Source: Terriglobales bacterium
Lineage (GTDB): Bacteria; Acidobacteriota; Terriglobia; Terriglobales; Acidobacteriaceae
DNA: 64,000 bases
Direction: 5' to 3'
Assembly (NCBI GenBank): GCA_036265205.1
Contig: DATAPL010000054.1
Coordinates: 1,223-65,222 of the forward strand
In this document: positions 37,307-45,139 of the stretch, one piece after another
Position numbering within the stretch: position 1 is the stretch's first letter
Layout of the letters: every line of letters begins with the position of its first letter
Notes under the pieces: generated by a model
The model's input: the letters and a program-made list of their open reading frames with translations, nothing else
Told to the model about the DNA's origin: nothing
Databases searched by the model: none
Made by a program: the position numbers and the translations under genes

Positions 37307-38797
37307 CTAGCCTTTGTGATAGAGGCTGCGCTCTCGCAGTGCTCCGTTCCCATAACCGGACAAGTGACTGGTGGGAGGGCTCATGTGGTACTGCTCGATC
37401 TTGTACAGCAAAGTGCGGTAACTGACCTTCAGCAGCCGGGCTGCAGCCTTGCGATTCCAGCGAGCCTGATCGAGCGCATTGGCGATGGCATTACGCTCGG
37501 CTTCGCCTTTCACGCTCTGCACCAGCGATTTCAAACCCGAAGTACCGCTGGAAGCTTTGCCAGCTTCGAGCATGGGGTCGCCGCTTTCCGCGCTGTGCGG
37601 CAAATACCAGTTCCAGAACGCCGCGTCGCCCTCTCCGTCGAGGTGGTCATTCCCCGGCCCGCGATCCCCCATCACCAGGTAGTTCTTCACGAACTTTTCC
37701 AGTTCCCGAAGATTTCCCGGCCAGGAATGACGCTGACAAGCATCCAGCGCCGCCGCGGAAAAGATGCGGGTAGGCAGGTTGTAGCGCCGCGCCAGCTGGT
37801 TCATGAAATGGCCGAGCAGCAGCGGGATTTCCTCTTTACGCTGCCGCAGCGCGGGCACGTGCACGGTGAATGCGCTCAGGCGGTAGTAAAGATCCTCCCG
37901 CAATTTCCGGTCGGCGATGGCTTGTTCCACGTTCATCTGCGTAGCCGCCAGAATCCGCACATCCATCTCGATGGGCCTTTCGCCGCCCAGTTCGAGAAAG
38001 TAGCCTTCCCGCAAAACGTGCAACAGCTTGGCCTGCAGGCTGAGCGGCATTTCGGTGATTTCGTCAAGAAACAGCGTGCCCCGCTGGCAAAGCTCGAGTT
38101 TGCCGGGCTTGCTGCGCCCGTTGCCGGTTGCCACCCCGAACAGCTCGCTCTCCAGAACATCGCCCGGCAAGGTGGCGCAATTCAGTTTGAGAAAGCGGAA
38201 ACCGGAGCGGACAGAAAGTTTGTGGATGAGGCATGCCGCCAGATCCTTGCCGCTGCCGTTTTCTCCCAGAATGACCACCGGCGCACTGACCTGGGCCAGC
38301 AACTCTGCCTGGGCCCGCAACTTCCGCATGGTGGGGCTGGCCGCGACGAAGAACATGTCGCCGCCAATCTGTTCAATCTCGTCGGACACCATTTCGCTTT
38401 CCAGGCTCTCGTAGGAATGAAACAGGCAGCGCTGCACCGCGGCTTCCAACTGGCGCGGGTTCCAGGGGCGAATCAGAAAATCCTGCGCTCCCAGGCGAAG
38501 CGCTTCCAGCTTCTGATCCGAGTCGTCGGAGTTGGCCAGCAACAGCACCGGAAGATCGGGACGCACCCGCCGCAGCCAGCGCAGCATATGCAAGCCATCG
38601 CCGTCTCCCGAAGGCAGGTGAAGCATGAGCAGATCCGGTCCCGGTCCGGCCTGGACCCGCTCCAGCGCCTCCCAGCCACTGGCGGCTGTTTCCAGCTCCC
38701 AGTCGGGATTCTCGCCGCCGGTCCAAGGCAGATCGAGCAGCGATCTTTCCTTGCTTACAAGCAGAATTTGGGCCGATTTGATTGAGTGTTCCAGCAA
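37307..38797 (-). CDS. Sigma54-EBP-type AAA+ transcriptional regulator with a degenerate receiver domain and a degenerate GAFTGA loop
   Basis: Walker A GENGSGK, Walker B GTLFLDEI, RxDLYYRL, WPGNLRELE, and a C-terminal Fis-type HTH (AAARLLKVSYRTLLYKI). TTG start after GGAG. See findings for the atypical residues. Confidence 0.85.
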   Translation of the reverse strand: MLEHSIKSAQILLVSKERSLLDLPWTGGENPDWELETAASGWEALERVQAGPGPDLLMLHLPSGDGDGLHMLRWLRRVRPDLPVLLLANSDDSDQKLEALRLGAQDFLIRPWNPRQLEAAVQRCLFHSYESLESEMVSDEIEQIGGDMFFVAASPTMRKLRAQAELLAQVSAPVVILGENGSGKDLAACLIHKLSVRSGFRFLKLNCATLPGDVLESELFGVATGNGRSKPGKLELCQRGTLFLDEITEMPLSLQAKLLHVLREGYFLELGGERPIEMDVRILAATQMNVEQAIADRKLREDLYYRLSAFTVHVPALRQRKEEIPLLLGHFMNQLARRYNLPTRIFSAAALDACQRHSWPGNLRELEKFVKNYLVMGDRGPGNDHLDGEGDAAFWNWYLPHSAESGDPMLEAGKASSGTSGLKSLVQSVKGEAERNAIANALDQARWNRKAAARLLKVSYRTLLYKIEQYHMSPPTSHLSGYGNGALRERSLYHKG

Positions 38798-38861
38798 GGG
38801 GCTCCTGACAGGTTGGGCCTTACAGCGGGGGGAGAGTACTCGATTTTAGAGAGCTGAAACT

Positions 38862-39374
38862 TCAGAGTGCTTCAACATCGTAGCCTTCGACGCGCACCGC
38901 TAAGGACCGTTGAATCGCATCCACCGAGATAATCAGAGTGCGGTCTCCGTTGCGCGACAGCAACACGCCTTCCACGCCCTCGAGCGAACCGCTGCGGATG
39001 CGCACTCGTTGTCCAACTTTTAAAAAGGGATGTTCTGACCAGGGAACTTGTTCGGACACGATCATGCGCAGCGCGTCGATCTGCTCGTCAGGAATGGGAA
39101 TGGCTTCCCCGTGCATGCTGACGATGCGAAACACCCCGTTGGTGCGGTAGACGCGCAGGCGTTCGTCATTGTTGCTGGCTGTGAGCTTCACGAAAACATA
39201 GCAACTGAATAATGGGAGCTCTACTTTCTTCTTGCGATCGCTCCAACGCCTCACTTCGGTGATCAGCGGCAGGAAAGTATTCAAGCCTTGTTCCTGCAGC
39301 CGCTCGGCAATCACTTTTTCGCTTCGGGCACGAGTCTGCACCGCGTACCACTTTGCCGCTTCCTGGTTCATCAT
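38862..39374 (-). CDS. NusG-paralog transcription antiterminator (RfaH/UpxY/LoaP-like)
   Basis: NGN domain WYAVQTRARSEKVIAERLQEQGLNTFLPL...LFSCYVFVKL plus KOW KVGQRVRIRSGSLEGVEGVLL. ATG-ATG at 39374. The track ORF extends to a TTG at 39512. Confidence 0.82.
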   Translation of the reverse strand: MMNQEAAKWYAVQTRARSEKVIAERLQEQGLNTFLPLITEVRRWSDRKKKVELPLFSCYVFVKLTASNNDERLRVYRTNGVFRIVSMHGEAIPIPDEQIDALRMIVSEQVPWSEHPFLKVGQRVRIRSGSLEGVEGVLLSRNGDRTLIISVDAIQRSLAVRVEGYDVEAL

Positions 39375-40070
39375 GGGATGCGCAACCGAAGATTGCAGAA
39401 TGTGATGATCGGTAATTATGGCTTCGCCCTCTGAGTCACAGACAGCTGACCCTTGGTCGCACAAGATGGTTTGATTCTGGGACACAGCAGGGGGGAGGGC
39501 CTGATCAATCAAAAATTACATTGTTAGAGTACTGGCAGATGCAAGGAACTGCAAGAGGCACCTCAACTCGGTAGTATTAGACTCCTCGCTATAGAAACTA
39601 AAGTACTGCCCAACTGAGCTTAGCTACCTGAGAATATCGCCCCTAATGTGGCTTTCGCACGAGGATTGTCGGCAGCGGTTCACCAGACTCGCTAAAAAGC
39701 TCATTATCAGTTACGTACACCGTCAGTTACCCGAGCTGAAATGGTCGAAATCGGGGTTTTACGCCTGGGACCTAATTTTCGTATCATTATGAGATATCGA
39801 CGCCGTTCTGAGGTAATGGTCATGGTTGCAAAGTGGTTCAACTTTTTTAATTGATTACAATTATCTGCTTACGCTAGACTCGCTTTAGATGCAGTCCGAT
39901 GCGCTTACTTGGCATCACGTTCGGCGGTCTCCCCCTTCGAACTTTTGTATCTCCCCTGCGTTCCGGAGAGTAATTTCTCCGCTTGCAAGAAACTTTGTTC
40001 TCTAAGGCTGCTTGCCGTCTGAAATCCTAGACTTGAAGTAGTCGACATGAATTTCCGCACGGAGGGATGA
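39375..40070. promoter_or_regulatory. Divergent, visibly AT-richer control region between the NusG-paralog operon (-) and the LuxR-type regulator operon (+)
   Basis: About 700 bp with no convincing ORF and noticeably lower GC than the flanks. One possible sigma70-like pair for the plus strand: TTGATT (39851-39856), 18 nt, TAGACT (39875-39880). No promoter was confirmed. Confidence 0.5.
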
Positions 40071-40883
40071 ATGCAATCCACGCAAGGCACCGGGGGAGAA
40101 ACGATTCGCGTCCTGGTTGCCGACGACACCCAGATACACACCCAGTTGCTGGCCGAGGCGTTGCGCCGCGATGGCCAGCTGGAGGTGATCAACTCTCCGC
40201 TACGGTCGCGAGATTTAGTGGAAACGGTAAAGGCGCAGCGCGTCAACGTCGTGCTGCTCAGCTCCAATCTGGACGAGGAACCACTGCGCGGCTTCCAGCT
40301 CCTGCGCGAGTTGCGTGCCTCCGATCCTGGGATTCTCGCCGTCATGTTGCTCGATTCCTCCAAGCGGGAGACAATTCTGCAAGCCTTCCGAGCCGGCGCC
40401 AGGGGTATTTTCAGCCGGCACGATTCCGTGGAGACCCTATCGAAATGCATTCGCAGCGTCTACGAGGGACAGATCTGGGCGAATAGTCAGCAGATGTCGT
40501 TCGCCGTGGAGGAGTTAGCGACTTCTCCGGTGGTGCGCGCGGTCGATTCGAACGGGTTGAGCCTTCTTTCCAAGCGGGAAATGGATGTGGTTCGCAGCCT
40601 GGCAGAAGGTCTTACCAACCGCGAGATTGCTGAACGGTTAGGATTAAGCCAGCACACTATCAAGAATTACCTCTTTCGGATTTACGACAAGCTAGGAGTA
40701 TCGAGCCGGTTGGAACTCCTGTTTATGACCCTCACCCAGTCCGGCGCCCCTCTGGGAGTAACGGCGTTAGGTAAACCCTGCGCATCGAGCGACGGATATT
40801 CCAAGGATCGCCAGTCGAACGCCGGCAAAAGCGCCAAGGAACCTCGGCTCCAGCCGACCGGAACGGTCAATAACCTGAATTAA
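40071..40883 (+). CDS. LuxR/NarL-family response-regulator-like transcription factor with an atypical receiver
   Basis: REC-like domain (IRVLVADD...) plus C-terminal LuxR HTH (LSKREMDVVRSLAEGLTNREIAERLGLSQHTIKNYLFRIYDKLGV). ATG after GGAGGG. Confidence 0.88.
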   Translation: MQSTQGTGGETIRVLVADDTQIHTQLLAEALRRDGQLEVINSPLRSRDLVETVKAQRVNVVLLSSNLDEEPLRGFQLLRELRASDPGILAVMLLDSSKRETILQAFRAGARGIFSRHDSVETLSKCIRSVYEGQIWANSQQMSFAVEELATSPVVRAVDSNGLSLLSKREMDVVRSLAEGLTNREIAERLGLSQHTIKNYLFRIYDKLGVSSRLELLFMTLTQSGAPLGVTALGKPCASSDGYSKDRQSNAGKSAKEPRLQPTGTVNNLN

Positions 40884-41131
40884 GCGCCGCTCTCGCGGTA
40901 AATCTCGAAAAAATTGGATCTTTCAAAATACTTTTGGCGGCGGTCGCCCTGCATGCACCGATCTGAGAGCAAATGCACGGATGTTATAATTTCGCATCCC
41001 CCCGAGGAGCTTGACATGCAAATTTCCAGATACCTTACTGGCTGGGACAGATGTGCCCAGTGAGGCTCCGGTCGCTGCCAAAGGCTGTTCTAAGGGGTGC
41101 CGCCGATCGGCTTTCCCAGCAATGGGATCGG

Positions 41132-42262
41132 ATGAAGTTGTCTGGGCTTTACACACGGCCTCACACCAACCTCGATCCGGATCTGCATCTTCAAGAGTCC
41201 ATCAACTGGCTTAAGCGCGCGCAGGATTCCGGAACCGACCGGGGAGTTTCCTACGGCACCCGCTTCGGGCAGAAGTTTCAGCCCAGCTATCCCGAAACCA
41301 CTGGCTACATCATTTGCACCTTTCTCGAACTCTCGAGAACCCTGAAGATTCCCGAATATCTTGACCGCGCCATCGAGATGGGCCTTTGGGAAATCGCCGT
41401 CCAGATGGAGAGCGGCGCGGTAATGGGCGGCCAAGTCAACCGCAATCCTAGTCCAGCCGTATTCAATACCGGACAGGTCCTGCTGGGCTGGGCGTCTTTA
41501 TACAGGGCGACGGGTGACGAGCGCTTTGCCCGGGCGGGTGAACGCGCGTGCGCCTGGCTGATGTCGGTGCAGGAGCCCAGCGGCCACTGGATTCGCGGCA
41601 ATTCCAATTACGCCGCCAAGGGCGCCACCCTCTATAACGTCAAGGCCGCGTGGGGGCTGGGAGAGCTGGCGCAAGCTATCGGCAGTGATGAAGGGGTGCA
41701 GGCGGCCGTGCGCAATGCCGAGTACACTCAGGCTCAACAGGCTGAGAATGGGTGGTTCCCCAATTGCTGTCTATCCGATCCCGAAAGACCGCTGCTTCAC
41801 ACGATCGCGTACACGATGCAGGGCCTTATGGGTATCGGTTTGCTTAGCGACCGGCAGGATTTCATCGACTCCGCGGCGCGCATGGCGGACCAGCTCTTGC
41901 GCCTGATGGATGGGCAAGGATTTATTCCTGGCCGCATCAACCGTTCGATGGCCGGAACCGTAAGTTGGTGTTGCCTGACCGGAACCGCGCAAACTTCCAT
42001 CGTCTGGTCGCAGCTGTACGAGCGCACCGGGGGGGATAAATATCGCGAGGCGGTGCAACGGGCTAACCGTTATCTGATGGCACGCCACGACATTGCCAGT
42101 CCCGATCCCGCGATTCGAGGCGGCCTGGCGGGATCCTGGCCAGTCTGGGGCGGTTATTGCCCGTTCATGATTCCCAACTGGGCAACCAAGTTTTTTGTCG
42201 ACGCACTGCTCGCGGAGCAGCGGACCACCGCCCCCACCACGGCAGGCCGGATCAATGCTTGA
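41132..42262 (+). CDS. Alpha/alpha-toroid protein with squalene-cyclase/prenyltransferase-type QW repeats, function unknown
   Basis: RACAWLMSVQEPSGHW fits the QW motif [KR][AG]xx[FYW][LIV]xxxQxxxGxW. Weaker copies: INWLKRAQDSG, AEYTQAQQAENGW. The ATG at 41132 is preferred over the track start at 41051. Confidence 0.6.
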   Translation: MKLSGLYTRPHTNLDPDLHLQESINWLKRAQDSGTDRGVSYGTRFGQKFQPSYPETTGYIICTFLELSRTLKIPEYLDRAIEMGLWEIAVQMESGAVMGGQVNRNPSPAVFNTGQVLLGWASLYRATGDERFARAGERACAWLMSVQEPSGHWIRGNSNYAAKGATLYNVKAAWGLGELAQAIGSDEGVQAAVRNAEYTQAQQAENGWFPNCCLSDPERPLLHTIAYTMQGLMGIGLLSDRQDFIDSAARMADQLLRLMDGQGFIPGRINRSMAGTVSWCCLTGTAQTSIVWSQLYERTGGDKYREAVQRANRYLMARHDIASPDPAIRGGLAGSWPVWGGYCPFMIPNWATKFFVDALLAEQRTTAPTTAGRINA

Positions 42263-43121
42263 CTGGTTACCCAAAAATGTAAAGTCCCGGCTGCGCCAAT
42301 ACTATTACGGGACCAGGTCCGCCTACCTGCGCTGGCGTCATCCCTTTTCCGCGGACGACTTGCTTTCGGCTCTGCGCAGGCTTGGCGTCGCTGAAGGCGA
42401 TGTAATCCTGGTGCACAGCGCGTTTGCCGAGTTCGTAGGTTTCGAAGGCGGCGCGCCGGATGTAATCCGGGTGCTGAAAGATGCGGTCGGTGCCAGCGGA
42501 ACGGTCATGATGCCGACCCTGTCGTTTTCAGGAACCGCAGTAGCCTACGCCCGCGAGGCAAAAGTATTTGATCCCAGGAAGACTCCGTCGCAGGTCGGGT
42601 TGCTGACCGAAGTGTTTCGCCGCTCGAAAGGCGTAACCCGCAGCCTGCATCCCACGCACTCGGTCGCTATATTCAGCACGGAGGCTGATTACTTTGTGAA
42701 AGATCACCATCTCGCCGGCACGCCTTGCGGAAAAGGAACACCTTTCTTTCGTCTTTTCGAAAAGAATGGAAAAGTCTTGCTGCTGGGGGTGGGAGTGGCT
42801 GCAGTCACATTTTTCCATTGTGTGGAAGAACTGGTCGAGCCCGATCTTCCCTTTTCACCCTTCACGTCCGAGGTGTTCAGCATGCAGTGCATCGTGGATG
42901 GAAAAATTGTTGAGACCGCGCCGATGCGCTTGTACGATCCCGGCGTGTCCGGGCGGCGAGACCTGAGTATCCTCGAAAACGCGCTGCGGAAAAAGGGCGT
43001 GTGGCACCAGGAAAAGGTAGGCAATCTAAAACTTATTGCGCTGAAAGCCGCAGACATCTTGTCCACCACCAGAGAATTGGCGAAGCAGGGAGTTTACTGC
43101 TACCGCAAAGCCGATGCGTGA
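42255..43121 (+). CDS. AAC(3)-fold (Antibiotic_NAT family) N-acyltransferase
   Basis: LRRLGVAEGDVILVHSAF...GTVMMPTLSF...FDPRKTPSQVGLLTEVFR...RSLHPTHSVA...LLLGVG...TFFHCVEE are family blocks. The ATG overlaps the upstream stop by 8 nt. Confidence 0.8.
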   Translation: MLDWLPKNVKSRLRQYYYGTRSAYLRWRHPFSADDLLSALRRLGVAEGDVILVHSAFAEFVGFEGGAPDVIRVLKDAVGASGTVMMPTLSFSGTAVAYAREAKVFDPRKTPSQVGLLTEVFRRSKGVTRSLHPTHSVAIFSTEADYFVKDHHLAGTPCGKGTPFFRLFEKNGKVLLLGVGVAAVTFFHCVEELVEPDLPFSPFTSEVFSMQCIVDGKIVETAPMRLYDPGVSGRRDLSILENALRKKGVWHQEKVGNLKLIALKAADILSTTRELAKQGVYCYRKADA

Positions 43122-43127
43122 GCCTCC

Positions 43128-44849
43128 ATGAAACTGATTGAAGCTCTGCAAATTGCGAACACTGAGGCAGCGTCCCCGGATGGCTCCTGCGTTGCGGCTC
43201 TCTGCTGCGGCTTCACTCCGCTGCATCTCAAGACATTTGTGGCCGCCTACTTTCGTCGATCTTTTCCCGCGCGGGCGGTCAAGGTCAAGACCGGGTTGTA
43301 CGGCGATCTGGCGGGAACCATTGAAAACTTAGATACGAAAGTCGATTTTGTGCTGGTTGCTATCGAATGGCCCGACCTGGACGCGCGTTTAGGTTTGCGC
43401 ACCACCGGGAACTGGGGACCTGCGAGTCTGGCGCAGATCGTCACCGACGCGCAGGCGCAGTTGCTCAGGCTGCAATCAGCCATCGAAGCCGTGGCATCGC
43501 GGCCGGTTCCAGTCGTGATCTGCCCGCCGACGCTGCCTTTTCCTCCTGTATTTTTTAGCCGTCCCAACGAAGCAGACTCTCTGCAGCTGAATCTGAGAAG
43601 ATTATGGAATAATTTTGCGGCGCAACTGTCCGATCACGCCTCGATTGCATTGGTAAATCCGCAGGAACTGGATCGCATTTCTCCGCCCGCCGCACGGCAC
43701 GATGCTCGCGCCGAGCTGGCCAGCGGCTTTCCTTACCAACTACCCCATACTGATGTGGTTGCGCGTCTGCTGGTTGAGTTGGCGGTTCCCAGGCTTCCCA
43801 AGAAAGGCTTGATCACCGACCTCGACGATACCGTTTGGCTCGGAATTCTCGGGGATGATGGCGTACAGGGCATTTCGTGGGATCTGGATCATCAAAGCCA
43901 GCTCCATGCCACTTACCAGCAGCTGCTGAATGCATTGGTGGAATCGGGCGTGTTGCTAGCCGTCGCGTCCAACAATGATCCGTCCCTGGTGGCAGAAGCG
44001 TTCGCGCGCGCCGACCTGGTGTTGAATCCAAAATACGTGTACCCGGTTGAGGCTTCTCGCGGTCCTAAGTCGGAAGCCATCAAGCGAATCCTGCAAGCCT
44101 GGAACGTCGCTCCGGATAGCCTGGTCTTCGTCGATGATAACCCGCTGGAACTGGCTGAGGTAGGAGCTGCCTACCCGGGCGTCGAAGGCATCCTGTTTCC
44201 CAAGCATGATCCGGCGGCGATCCTAGAATTTTTCCGCACCCTCAGAGACCGCTTCGGGAAAAGGCGCATCCACGATGAGGATCGAGAGCGTCTTGCCAGC
44301 CTGCGTCAATCGCGGGAATTTCACGAAACCGTTCACGGCGCGGGAACCCTGGACAGCGTATTGCAAGGCGCCGAAGGGCGGATCAAATTTACCTACGACA
44401 AAATCCCGGTCGATTCCCGAGCGCTCGAGCTCATCAACAAGACCAACCAGTTCAACCTGAATGCCAGGCGCTACACCGAAGCGTCGTGGTCGTCCCTACT
44501 TTCCCAGGACAATTGTTGGCTGCAAATTGCGGAATATGAAGACCGCTTCGCGCGCCTGGGAAAAATATCGGTGATTGGCGGCTACCGCGAAGGAAACCGG
44601 CTGGCCGTCAGCACCTGGGTCATGAGTTGCCGTGCTTTTTCGCGGCGCATCGAATATCACTGCCTGCGCGAGCTGCTGGAACACTTCGACGCAACTGAAA
44701 TCGAATTCGACTTTATTCCAACCGAGCGCAACGGCCCGGTGCGAGATTTCCTGGCTGCGCTGACCGGCAAGCTTCCCGAATCCGCGACGGCGATAACCGC
44801 CGAGCTCTTTCGGGAAAAGTGTCCGCCCCTTTATCATCAGAAAAAATAA
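43128..44849 (+). CDS. FkbH-like HAD-IIIC family protein (candidate glyceryl-ACP loader)
   Basis: HAD motif I ITDLDDTVWLG, then LLAVASNN and VFVDDNPLE blocks, and a C-terminal GNAT-like region. The 573-aa length is typical of stand-alone FkbH-like proteins. Confidence 0.8.
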   Translation: MKLIEALQIANTEAASPDGSCVAALCCGFTPLHLKTFVAAYFRRSFPARAVKVKTGLYGDLAGTIENLDTKVDFVLVAIEWPDLDARLGLRTTGNWGPASLAQIVTDAQAQLLRLQSAIEAVASRPVPVVICPPTLPFPPVFFSRPNEADSLQLNLRRLWNNFAAQLSDHASIALVNPQELDRISPPAARHDARAELASGFPYQLPHTDVVARLLVELAVPRLPKKGLITDLDDTVWLGILGDDGVQGISWDLDHQSQLHATYQQLLNALVESGVLLAVASNNDPSLVAEAFARADLVLNPKYVYPVEASRGPKSEAIKRILQAWNVAPDSLVFVDDNPLELAEVGAAYPGVEGILFPKHDPAAILEFFRTLRDRFGKRRIHDEDRERLASLRQSREFHETVHGAGTLDSVLQGAEGRIKFTYDKIPVDSRALELINKTNQFNLNARRYTEASWSSLLSQDNCWLQIAEYEDRFARLGKISVIGGYREGNRLAVSTWVMSCRAFSRRIEYHCLRELLEHFDATEIEFDFIPTERNGPVRDFLAALTGKLPESATAITAELFREKCPPLYHQKK

Positions 44850-44855
44850 AAAACT

Positions 44856-45095
44856 ATGGATGACAACCAGGAACGACTTGCTCGCTGCTTTCTCGCAGTT
44901 TTTCCGCGCCTTGCCAAAGCCGATGTGTTGCAGGCTTCCCAGACGTCGGTGTCAGGTTGGGACTCCGTGGCAACGGTGACGTTGCTGACGACCGTAGAAG
45001 AGGAATTCGGAATTCAAGTCGATCTCGAGAACCTGGATCAACTTACTTCATTCGACTCAATACTCAGATATGTCAAGGGCGCGCTCGGACAATAG
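44856..45095 (+). CDS. Acyl carrier protein
   Basis: 79 aa. Phosphopantetheine-attachment motif GWDSVATVTLL. Lies 6 nt after the FkbH-like gene. Confidence 0.8.
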   Translation: MDDNQERLARCFLAVFPRLAKADVLQASQTSVSGWDSVATVTLLTTVEEEFGIQVDLENLDQLTSFDSILRYVKGALGQ

Positions 45096-45139
45096 TCGCC
45101 TTGCTCAAGGCTTGAAAGCGGAACACATGACAAGACTAC

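Noticed and set aside
37223-38785. 520-aa plus-strand ORF
   Set aside because: It is antisense to the EBP-like regulator, which carries full Walker A/B, R-finger and HTH motifs. The antisense translation has no motifs.
39609-39620. tRNA D-arm-like sequence (rc AGCTCAGTTGGG)
   Set aside because: The flanks have no complementary D-stem 3' half (GAGC), no T-loop (GGTTCGAATCC-type) and no acceptor pairing. It is not a tRNA and is at most a relic.
39646-39792. 48-codon plus-strand ORF in the AT-rich control region
   Set aside because: It has no RBS and no motif, and its composition is atypical for this genome. It is kept only as a note inside the regulatory-region finding.
39905-40450. 181-aa minus-strand ORF
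   Set aside because: It overlaps the LuxR-type regulator gene, which has clear REC and HTH motifs. The composition is Ser/Arg-rich.
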